Shown: positions 55,872 to 64,000 of the stretch, piece by piece | Layout of the letters: each line of letters opens with the position of its first letter | Numbering within the stretch: position 1 is the stretch's first letter | Notes under the pieces: model-generated | Databases searched by the model: none | Seen by the model: only the letters and a program-made list of their open reading frames with translations | Told to the model about the DNA's origin: nothing | Program-made: the position numbers and the translations under genes | Assembly: GCA_965197905.1 (NCBI GenBank) | Contig: CBDAOB010000003.1 | Coordinates: 768,001 to 832,000 of the forward strand | Direction: 5' to 3' | From: Candidatus Latescibacterota bacterium | GTDB taxonomy: Bacteria > Latescibacterota > UBA2968 > UBA8231 | Length of the DNA stretch: 64,000 bases

Positions 55872-57650
55872 TCAGCTAGCTGTGGTAAAGGTGGCGTCAT
55901 CCCCATAGGTCACGCCATGCTGATTTACGGCCACTAAACGATAGTGATAGGTGGTGTCAGGTTCCAAATCCGTCAAATTGTCCACTACCGTGCGCATGGT
56001 CTGCTGCAGGCCGGCGTAGGTTCCGGGAAGAGGGAGCTGCACCGCCTGCGGCGATTCGGCCAGCGGCCGCTTGCGGTGCACGGTGGCGACGGTAGCGTGT
56101 TCGAAGGGGGTGTCGCGGTAGTCGATATCCCGCCCGTATTGGAAGAAATAGTGGGTATAACATCCCATGGGGTTCATGCGGCCATCCAATTTTGCGGTCG
56201 TGGCCGTCATGCGGCTGGCGCCACCCGTAGTTGCAATCGGCTTGGGCGCAGCGGGAATCTGGAAGGTTCGCGGCTCTCCGTAGCTGGTGCCGAATTCGTT
56301 TTCGGCCACCAGGCGATAGTGGCAGGCAGAGCCCGGCGTCAAACCGCGGATCTCCGCCCCAACGTGCTGCTCGATATCATCGTGAGGCAGCTGCGCGCCG
56401 GACCCAAAAATCTCGATCTCGCCCAGTCCCCAATGGCGGTCGCGGTAGCCCGAGAGCAGGCGCACCTTCAGATAGCGCGCCGACGCCCGCAGTCCGCGCT
56501 CGAGCTTGTGAACCTGGTTGGGACCGTTTGGGTTGCTTTCCGGGACAGTCACTTGGGAACCAGAGAGGATGGGGCTGAATCGGTCTCCATCCTGCGAAAC
56601 CAGCACCTCTACACCTTTGGTCGGCCATTCGGTATGCTGGTGTAGCTGGATCGCTTCGACGATCACTTCGCGCTCGAAGCGGTAGACGAATTCCTGTGGG
56701 GACTTCGGGTTGACCGCGCTGCGCCACATTTTACCGTCGCCGAACCGCCAGCCATCGGTCAACGTCGCCGGATCGTCATCCGAGTCTTGCGGCCAACTGA
56801 TCAGCTCACCGCCGTTTCCCGGCTGGATCAGCGAGTGGTTGCAGTAGGTGATCTCCAACTCGTCGAAATCGACCGATCCGGTGGGCGGGTTCTCGGGATT
56901 AACGAAGTTCGACAGGAATATGATGTTGCAGTTGGCGTGGGCGAGGCACTGGTCGATGGGCCAGTACTCGTAGCGCACGGCGCTGGGTCCCTGCTGAATG
57001 CTGTTGTTGCCACCGTAGGACCAGGCGGTCGAGTCGTTGACCAGATCGAACTCTACCTTGTGCCACTCGCCGTCCATCAGATAATCGGTCAGTGGGTTGC
57101 CGCAATAGGCGTAGTTTGCCCGTCGCCAACCTGGATTGTTCAACAGCTCTATGTTGCTCTGGCACTGCAGCCAGAAGCCGAACTCGGATCCGTTCGGTTG
57201 CCAATCGTTGCCACGCAAATAAAGGGAGACATGGGCATCCCGCAGGTCTCCATCGCCGCCTCCAAGATGCAGCCCCAACTCGTTTAACGGCCCGGTCTCG
57301 ACGCCGGTCATCAGATGCAGCACCCCGGAGGCGTCGTGATTGAAGTCGTTGACCAGGGGTTGCTCGGTGAGTCGAAAGAACCCTGGCGAAGGTCCGCCTT
57401 CGGTCAGGTGCTCGTGGTTGCAACCGAAGTGGCTGTGCCAACCGGCCACTCCGTCGTCCCAGCTTTCGACGTAGTGCGCTGTTCGTCTAGCAGAGAGTGG
57501 AGTCGGTTCGGTGCGCCAGCCAAAGGTGTCGCTGGTGCCGTACTCGAAGTAATAGTGAGTGTGCTCCCCGTGGGGATGCACGACCCCGTTGGCCGTAAGA
57601 CCGGTGGTGCCGATGGCAGTGGCGGCGCCGGTGGTGGCGTCAGGCTTCAC
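55872..57650 (-). CDS. Fibronectin-III / discoidin (F5/8 type C) domain protein
   Basis: FN3 motifs YYFEYGT, GLTPGSACHYRLVAEN, LEPDTTYHYRLVAVN; discoidin LTDG..W..ARYLKV..LGEIEIFG. Confidence 0.7.
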   Translation of the reverse strand: MKPDATTGAATAIGTTGLTANGVVHPHGEHTHYYFEYGTSDTFGWRTEPTPLSARRTAHYVESWDDGVAGWHSHFGCNHEHLTEGGPSPGFFRLTEQPLVNDFNHDASGVLHLMTGVETGPLNELGLHLGGGDGDLRDAHVSLYLRGNDWQPNGSEFGFWLQCQSNIELLNNPGWRRANYAYCGNPLTDYLMDGEWHKVEFDLVNDSTAWSYGGNNSIQQGPSAVRYEYWPIDQCLAHANCNIIFLSNFVNPENPPTGSVDFDELEITYCNHSLIQPGNGGELISWPQDSDDDPATLTDGWRFGDGKMWRSAVNPKSPQEFVYRFEREVIVEAIQLHQHTEWPTKGVEVLVSQDGDRFSPILSGSQVTVPESNPNGPNQVHKLERGLRASARYLKVRLLSGYRDRHWGLGEIEIFGSGAQLPHDDIEQHVGAEIRGLTPGSACHYRLVAENEFGTSYGEPRTFQIPAAPKPIATTGGASRMTATTAKLDGRMNPMGCYTHYFFQYGRDIDYRDTPFEHATVATVHRKRPLAESPQAVQLPLPGTYAGLQQTMRTVVDNLTDLEPDTTYHYRLVAVNQHGVTYGDDATFTTAS

Positions 57651-57660
57651 GTTACCCGGC

Positions 57661-59133
57661 TCAACTGATCCAAAACGAGAACAACCGGGCGTCCCGCATG
57701 TGGAAGCGCAACCGCACCGGCTGGGACTGGCCGCCGAGTTTGCCGCCCCCGTTCCAGACTACCTCCTGGTCCACGCCATCGGTACTGATCGGCTGGCAAT
57801 CGGCGCGGGTCAAGCCGGCGATCGGCTCACCGTAGATGGTCAGCGCTTCCACCTCGATAACGCCCCTGGCGGCGTTGGCGTTGATCCGCAGCTCGCCGCC
57901 GTCGAAATGGAACGGATTGGTGGTGAGGCTGCCCTCCTCCTCCTGGGCGCTGATCGAGGCGAATCCATCCAAACGGAGGGTAGCCATTCCCAGCGCGTCG
58001 CCTATCAGCGTCTGACCGTTGCGCTCGGTGCCCATGAGGTCGCCGATGCCCCGGTGGGGGATGTTGGAGCCGCGGTAATAGAGGCGAACCTCGTCGTCCA
58101 CCACTACCGCATCGTCGAGATAGATCCGCTTCTCGTCCCAGGTACCTGGTGTACCCACCATGAACAGATGGCGGTTCCCCACCCGGGTCCACTGCCGGCC
58201 GTCGCGGCTGAAGGTGAGCTGCGTGTCCATCGTATAGTTGAACCCCTCCATGAACCGATCGTCGCCGGTGAACTCGTGGTAGACGTTGAGAAAGCCGATA
58301 TAACACCCTTCGTAGGGCAGTACCCGCATGTAATAGAACTCGGTGCCATCGCCATCCCGTTCGTCTGGAGAGATCACTTCCTCGATATCCGTCCAGTTCA
58401 GAAAATCGATGCTTTCGCTGCGTCCGATACGGCGGGTGGGAAACGCCGACAAATCGTAGGGCACGCCCTTTTTGGGCCAGTGGCGCATGACGTGCCGGCC
58501 GTTGGGACGCACATACATCACGTAGCGACCGATCTTTTCGTCCCAGAACGACCACTGGGAGCCGTCTCCCGTCGGTGAAAGCACCGGATTGGCTTCGTTG
58601 GCGGTCCAGGTCAGTCCGTCGCGCGAAAATGCCACCCCAACACCACCCTTTACATAGTGGATCATCTTGTAGCGCCGTTGATCGTCCTCATCGTGATCGT
58701 CCTTGAGCACCGTCTTGTCATGGTTAAATCCGTCGGGGAGGCGGACCATGTTGTTGTCGGTGGAGCCGTTGTATTCAACCAGGCCGAGCTTGGGGCGTTC
58801 GAAGTGGATTCCGTCTTCGGACACGGCGTAACACATGCCTGGGTCGGGCTCCGGATATACGGAATACCAGAGCTTGTAGATCTTCTCGTCGCGGTCGTAG
58901 ACCAGGTCGCAGTAGAGGAATCGCTGCCTTTCCCACGGCTCTTCCATGACGAGGATCGGATTGTCGTCCCGTTTGGTTGGACGGTGAATGAAACGCGAGA
59001 CGTTGTCCATGATGGCGATGTGGTAGTCGTCCACAAAGAGCTGGCGTTCGCGGCCGACGGTGCGGATCGGGGGCAATCGGTCTAGTGGGCTATCGCTGGT
59101 GAGGGTGACCCTTCTGGCTGCGTCCGTGGCCAT
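57661..59133 (-). CDS. Five-bladed beta-propeller glycoside-hydrolase-like protein
   Basis: QLFVDD, SEDGIHFERP, SRDGLTW, SRDGRQW, LRLDGFAS, ARLFSF; GAGG RBS before ATG 59133. Confidence 0.72.
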   Translation of the reverse strand: MATDAARRVTLTSDSPLDRLPPIRTVGRERQLFVDDYHIAIMDNVSRFIHRPTKRDDNPILVMEEPWERQRFLYCDLVYDRDEKIYKLWYSVYPEPDPGMCYAVSEDGIHFERPKLGLVEYNGSTDNNMVRLPDGFNHDKTVLKDDHDEDDQRRYKMIHYVKGGVGVAFSRDGLTWTANEANPVLSPTGDGSQWSFWDEKIGRYVMYVRPNGRHVMRHWPKKGVPYDLSAFPTRRIGRSESIDFLNWTDIEEVISPDERDGDGTEFYYMRVLPYEGCYIGFLNVYHEFTGDDRFMEGFNYTMDTQLTFSRDGRQWTRVGNRHLFMVGTPGTWDEKRIYLDDAVVVDDEVRLYYRGSNIPHRGIGDLMGTERNGQTLIGDALGMATLRLDGFASISAQEEEGSLTTNPFHFDGGELRINANAARGVIEVEALTIYGEPIAGLTRADCQPISTDGVDQEVVWNGGGKLGGQSQPVRLRFHMRDARLFSFWIS

Positions 59134-59372
59134 GATCCTCCGTTCGTGTTTTAATGCGTCGGCCACAGAAGGTAATACAGAGAGAAATCCAAGTCAGGCT
59201 ACAAGCCCAGGAAATTCCAGGGTCCGAGCGCCCAGCGTTGGTCCGGTGATGAACTTGACGATGAGCGCAGATTGAAGCTAGCTTCGGCTGGTTTGACGGA
59301 TCAGCCGCCAGGCCAGTACCCGAATCGGACGAACGCTACCCGGGCGATGTCTGCCCAAACACCCGCGGACCA

Positions 59373-59921
59373 GTGAAGAGATCGTCTCGTCAAAGCGCGC
59401 TGCTTGCTCTGTTGCTGCTGATCACCGCGACGGTATACGCCCAGTCAACGCCAGCAGACCGACTGAGTCGCTTCAAGGCCATATTTCTGTACAACTTCAT
59501 TCAGTTCGTGCGCTGGCCCGAGGCGGATACGGCCCGGACCTTCACGATTTCTGTGCTAGGGCCCACAGTGATCGAGGAACCGTTGCGCAAGATTGCCGAT
59601 AGGCGCACCGTGGCGGGGAAGAAGCTCGAAATCAAGGTGTTGCGTAACCTCGACGATCTCGCCTCTCCCCACATAATCTTCCTACCTGCTGCGCAGAGCC
59701 ACCAGGCAAGTGCCGTACTCAAACGGATCGAAGGCACGAATATTCTCGCTATCGGAGATGCGCCCGGATTGGGCCAACAGGGAATGGCGATCAATTTCGC
59801 GCAGGTCGGAGAACATCTGAAATTCGAGATCAACCAGAGTGCTTTGGCGCGGGCCGGGCTCGGTGCTAGCTCGCAGCTGCTGAAACTTGCCATCCCGGTT
59901 GAAGACCCCAAGACCCCATGA
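59373..59921 (+). CDS. YfiR/HmsC (DUF4154) family periplasmic protein
   Basis: KAIFLYNFIQFVRWP...FEINQSAL..AGL..SSQLLKLA. Confidence 0.88.
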   Translation: MKRSSRQSALLALLLLITATVYAQSTPADRLSRFKAIFLYNFIQFVRWPEADTARTFTISVLGPTVIEEPLRKIADRRTVAGKKLEIKVLRNLDDLASPHIIFLPAAQSHQASAVLKRIEGTNILAIGDAPGLGQQGMAINFAQVGEHLKFEINQSALARAGLGASSQLLKLAIPVEDPKTP

Positions 59922-62092
59922 AATTGACGGATGAGGAGGTCCGCCGACGGTTCGGCTGGGCGGAGATCGATCCCGCAACCTCGGTAGTAGCCGGCTTGGT
60001 CGGCACCTGGAGAATCACCTACCACGTAGGCAGCCAAGGGGTGGACGATGGCGGTGGTCTCAAGATCTCCTGGCGGGATGTCAGCGATTGGCAGCCGCCT
60101 CAATTTGCCGACGGTGCGGCTTCAAACTTCGCCACCGTGACCGCCACCGGAGCAGCGTCCGTGCGCGCTCGGTACGAGCGGATGAATTATCTGCGTCCGT
60201 GGAGGTCGGGTGTAACCATCGATATCTTCGACGATTCGCTGGCGGAGGGCGACACCGTTACGCTGATCCTCGGAGATCGGTCGGCGGGATCTCCGGGAAG
60301 TTTCGCGCAGACTTTCTGTGCCGATGCCTTCGAGTTTCGTACCGCGGTGGATTGGTGTGGCACTTGGGTATGGACGGAGATCGAGTCGCCCAAGATTCCT
60401 ATTGTCAGCGGTGACCCCCACCGCCTGGTCGTGGTCGGCACCTCTGAAGTCGCACCCGACATCGATGCGTGGGTCGGAGTCAAAGCTGAGGATGTGTGGG
60501 GGAATCCCTGCGCCACGTATCTCGGCGAGATTCAGATCGATTCGGGCGACCTTACCGGATTGCCGAGCAGCTATCAGTTCCGTCCTGAGGACGATGGTGT
60601 AGTGCGCTTCACGGGATTAAAAGCGTCGGAGCCAGGCATCTCCAGGGTTAAGGTGATCGATACGGAAAACGGCCTTGAAGCGGAGAGCAATCCGCTGCGT
60701 CGTCTGTCGGCGCCGGCCGAGCGCGGCCGCTTCTGGGGGGATCTCCATGGGCAGAGCGGAGAAACGGTCGGTACGAATACGGTGGAGTCGTATTTCCACT
60801 TCGCGCGCACGAAGGCGATGGTGGATTTCGCCGGGCACCAGGGGAACGACTTCCAGATTACCAGAGCCGTGTGGGATGAGATCCGACATCAGGCCAATAC
60901 TCAGACCGAGGAAGGTGTATTTGTTGCGCTGGTGGGATACGAATGGTCCGGGAACACGCCGCTGGGAGGAGATCACAATGTTTATTATCCAGGAGAAGAC
61001 GGCCCGATATATCGTTCCAGCCACGAACTAATCGACGACAAGTACGACGGTGACACGGACTGTCCCCACGTAACCGATCTGTACAGGGCCCTAGAAAGCC
61101 GAGATGCCCTGCTCGTTCCCCATGTTGGAGGTCGCTACGCCAATCTGGATTGGCACGATCCCCGTCTGGAACCGGTAATAGAGGTATACTCCAACTGGGG
61201 TGAGTTCGAGTGGTTTTTGCAGGAGGCACTCGAGAAGGGTTACCGGGTAGGTTTCGTCGCCGGCAGCGATGACCACAAAGGGAGGCCAGGCGCCGCCCAC
61301 CCTGGTCGCGGCGCGTTCGGCTGCTACGGCGGTTTGACCTGCGTTATGGCGCGGGAACTGACGCGGGAGGCAATTTTCGAAGCGCTGCGGGCGCGGCGAT
61401 GCTACGGCACGACCGGCCAGCGAATCCTTCTGGATGTGAGCGCTGACGGACACCCGATGGGTTCCCAGATAAGAGCTGAAGAACCTCCCGAGTTCAAGGT
61501 CGAGTGCGTCGGAACGGCTCCTATCGAGCGGGTCCATCTGATGCGCGGGACGGAAGAGGTTTATCGCTTTCCGGAGCATGTCGAGCGCGATGAATCGAGG
61601 GTGCGGATCTCTTGGTCGGGCCAACGCATCCGGGCGCGAAACCGGCGCATCGTTTGGGATGGGTCGGTCGTACTGAGTGCGGGTCGGATTCTGAAGGCGG
61701 ATGGGCACGCCTTCGATTCGGCGGCCGAGGGTATCCGCGAGGTGGGAGAGCAACGGGTGAGCTGGGAATCGGTGACAACCGGCGACGAGGACGGAGTAGT
61801 GTTGACGGTAGATGCACCAGATGATGCCGTGCTCCGCTTCGAATCACCGGTGATGAACCGCGACGTTAGTTTGAAGGATATCAAGTCGGGACCCATCGTC
61901 GTCGAAGCGGTCGGCATCGGTGTGAAAGTTGTCTTCGAGCTCTTGCCCAAGGGGGTGGGGCGCGAGGTGAGCTTCACATACCGTGAGCCCGATCTGCGGA
62001 ATGGTAGCTATCCGTACTGGGTCAGGGTGGTTCAGGTAGACGGTGCCAAAGCGTGGGCAAGCCCGATCTACGTAACGATCGGATCGTCTTGA
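59918..62092 (+). CDS. DUF3604 / PHP-like domain protein
   Basis: WGDLHGQS, GYEWSG, GDHNV, PHVGG, GFVAGSDDH, RRCYGTTG, AWASPI. Confidence 0.82.
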   Translation: MKLTDEEVRRRFGWAEIDPATSVVAGLVGTWRITYHVGSQGVDDGGGLKISWRDVSDWQPPQFADGAASNFATVTATGAASVRARYERMNYLRPWRSGVTIDIFDDSLAEGDTVTLILGDRSAGSPGSFAQTFCADAFEFRTAVDWCGTWVWTEIESPKIPIVSGDPHRLVVVGTSEVAPDIDAWVGVKAEDVWGNPCATYLGEIQIDSGDLTGLPSSYQFRPEDDGVVRFTGLKASEPGISRVKVIDTENGLEAESNPLRRLSAPAERGRFWGDLHGQSGETVGTNTVESYFHFARTKAMVDFAGHQGNDFQITRAVWDEIRHQANTQTEEGVFVALVGYEWSGNTPLGGDHNVYYPGEDGPIYRSSHELIDDKYDGDTDCPHVTDLYRALESRDALLVPHVGGRYANLDWHDPRLEPVIEVYSNWGEFEWFLQEALEKGYRVGFVAGSDDHKGRPGAAHPGRGAFGCYGGLTCVMARELTREAIFEALRARRCYGTTGQRILLDVSADGHPMGSQIRAEEPPEFKVECVGTAPIERVHLMRGTEEVYRFPEHVERDESRVRISWSGQRIRARNRRIVWDGSVVLSAGRILKADGHAFDSAAEGIREVGEQRVSWESVTTGDEDGVVLTVDAPDDAVLRFESPVMNRDVSLKDIKSGPIVVEAVGIGVKVVFELLPKGVGREVSFTYREPDLRNGSYPYWVRVVQVDGAKAWASPIYVTIGSS

Positions 62093-62187
62093 GTGACATC
62101 CGCAGTGTTCGGATCCTGCACTGCGCAACCCACACCTGCGACTTTGTATCTGAAGAAAAGGCGCGAAAATTTAGTTTCCAAGGAACT

Positions 62188-63945
62188 CTACGCCCTTTTG
62201 ATCTCGGTCTCGGCCACTAGCTCCTGCGCCTCGATCATTTGGCTGTAGAGCCCGCCCCGAGCCAGCAGCTGATTGTGGTTGCCTACCTCTACAACGCGTC
62301 CCTCGTCCATAACGATCAGACAATCGGCGTTGCGAACCGTGGACAGTCGATGGGCGATGACTAACGTGGTCCGGTGACTCAGCAACCGGCTCACTGCCTG
62401 CTGAATCAGCAGTTCCGTCCGCGTGTCTACCGACGACGTGGCTTCGTCGAAAATGAGAATGGCGGCGTCCTTCAAAAGGGCGCGGGCGATGGACAAGCGC
62501 TGCTTCTGACCCCCCGAAAGCCGCATCCCACGTTCCCCGATGACCGTATCGTAGCCATCCGGCAGTTCCCGAATGAACTCCTCGGCGTTGGCCGCCTGGG
62601 CCGCCCGCTCTACGTCAGCTCTGCTCGCTTCGGGCCGGCCGAAGATGATGTTGTTGAGTACCGTGCCGTGAAACAGGAAAACGTCCTGCTGCACCGAGGC
62701 GATATTTTCGCGCAGGTAGTCCAGCGGCAGTTTGCGGATGTCGTGTCCGCCAATGAGAATGCCGCCCTGTTGCGGATCGTAGTAACGCGGCAACAGGCTC
62801 GATAAGGTGGTCTTGCCGGCTCCCGTATGCCCCACCAACGCGACCACCTGACCTTCGCCAATGCTGAAATCCACGTCGTGTACCACCGGATGGTTTGAGT
62901 CGTAGCCGAAGGTGACGCCGCTGAAACCTACGTCCCATTTGTGTTCTCCAGGCGGGATCGCCGCATCGGGGGCATCGACGATGTCCGATTCAACCGCCAA
63001 CAGCTGGAATACGCGATCGGTGCTCACGCTCGCTTTCTGTAGCACGTCGTTAATCGATGCGAGTGTTAGGAACGGCTGGTAGATATGGCCGACGTAAAGG
63101 ATGAAAACGAACAGGTCGGCCAACGCGATGCGACCCCCCAGGGCGGCACTGCCGCCGCTCAAGATGACGAGCACGATGCCGATGCCTCCCACGGTTTCGA
63201 TGAGACCTGAGGGAATCAGGGAGATCATGTTGGCTTCGATGGAGGCGTCGCGAAAGGAACGACTATGCCCCTCGATGCGGCGGTCGGCTGCCTCCTCTTG
63301 CACGAAAGACTTGATGACGGTAATGCCCGAGAGGTTGTCGTGAATCTGGGCGACAAGCTCTGAGAGCCTGGCGCGCACCGTGTGCCACTTGCTGCGAACC
63401 CTGCGTACGTATCTGTAGACTAGGAAGCCTGCCAGCGGTATCGGCAGCAGCGTGATCAGGGCGAGTTCTGCATCCAGCGAAAAAAGGATCACCATCATCG
63501 CCGTCGGTAAGACCAGCGCAAGGACGGTTTCCGGGACCCCGTGTGCGATGAAATCCTCCACCGCTTCTACGTCGTTGACGGAACGGGCGATCAGGTTGCC
63601 GGTGCGTTCGTTGGTGAAAAAACGGTGAGGCAGGCGTTGCACGTGACGGTAGGTACGCACCATCAGATCGTGCATCACCTTGTAAGCGGCGACATGGGAG
63701 AAGCGGCCATAACCATAGCGGGTCAAGCCGCGAACGGCGTAGATCGCCAGCAGGGCAGCGGTCATCTCGATGAGCCCGAAATCGGAGTCGGTGGGAACAC
63801 CTTCCGTGAGCCAGATTATGAGCTGCCGAATCAATAACGGCGGCAGCAGATTGGCTCCGGCGAAGGCCAAGCCACAGCCTATTGAGAACACTAACAGGAG
63901 CCGGTTGCCCTCCAACAACTGGTAGAATTGGCGCAGAAATTTCAT
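62188..63945 (-). CDS. ABC transporter fused permease/ATP-binding protein (MsbA-like exporter)
   Basis: TM domain, Walker A GHTGAGKT, LSGGQKQR, IFDEATS, IAHRLST. Confidence 0.93.
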   Translation of the reverse strand: MKFLRQFYQLLEGNRLLLVFSIGCGLAFAGANLLPPLLIRQLIIWLTEGVPTDSDFGLIEMTAALLAIYAVRGLTRYGYGRFSHVAAYKVMHDLMVRTYRHVQRLPHRFFTNERTGNLIARSVNDVEAVEDFIAHGVPETVLALVLPTAMMVILFSLDAELALITLLPIPLAGFLVYRYVRRVRSKWHTVRARLSELVAQIHDNLSGITVIKSFVQEEAADRRIEGHSRSFRDASIEANMISLIPSGLIETVGGIGIVLVILSGGSAALGGRIALADLFVFILYVGHIYQPFLTLASINDVLQKASVSTDRVFQLLAVESDIVDAPDAAIPPGEHKWDVGFSGVTFGYDSNHPVVHDVDFSIGEGQVVALVGHTGAGKTTLSSLLPRYYDPQQGGILIGGHDIRKLPLDYLRENIASVQQDVFLFHGTVLNNIIFGRPEASRADVERAAQAANAEEFIRELPDGYDTVIGERGMRLSGGQKQRLSIARALLKDAAILIFDEATSSVDTRTELLIQQAVSRLLSHRTTLVIAHRLSTVRNADCLIVMDEGRVVEVGNHNQLLARGGLYSQMIEAQELVAETEIKRA

Positions 63946-64000
63946 AGCAGATTCTTGAGTTCGGGGACACAAAATGGCGGGAAGGATTGAATATAGGCGC

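Overview
Bacterial genomic window of roughly 60-65% GC by eye. The gene repertoire suggests an FCB-group organism such as Ca. Latescibacterota, or a Poribacteria-like lineage (inference): five PhyH-type dioxygenases, four TonB-dependent receptors, a FlgD-Ig C-terminal domain, a DUF6785-type membrane protein and beta-propeller hydrolases. The standout is the 5'-truncated ORF at <1-3066, an in-frame fusion of a divergent RNA polymerase beta C-terminus to a heavily streamlined beta'. It keeps the NADFDGD catalytic motif, F-loop, bridge helix and second Zn site. It has lost the N-terminal Zn finger/zipper, clamp head, lid, rudder and jaw, lacks the trigger-loop His, and lies outside the rpoBC-rpsL context. 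It is a candidate second, minimal, fused-chain RNAP of unknown function. The window also holds a complete IS1595-family transporter IS (16944-19144; 23-bp TIRs, 8-bp TSD) with AT-rich cargo, inserted just upstream of a sigma54/IHF promoter of a ~2340-aa M6 metalloprotease/FG-GAP protein. Other elements are an atypical PQQ dehydrogenase-cytochrome c-TonB cluster, a decayed recombinase island with a DUF1016_N-thermonuclease fusion, and several broken genes that may be real decay or assembly artefacts. No rRNA, tRNA or CRISPR array was recognised.
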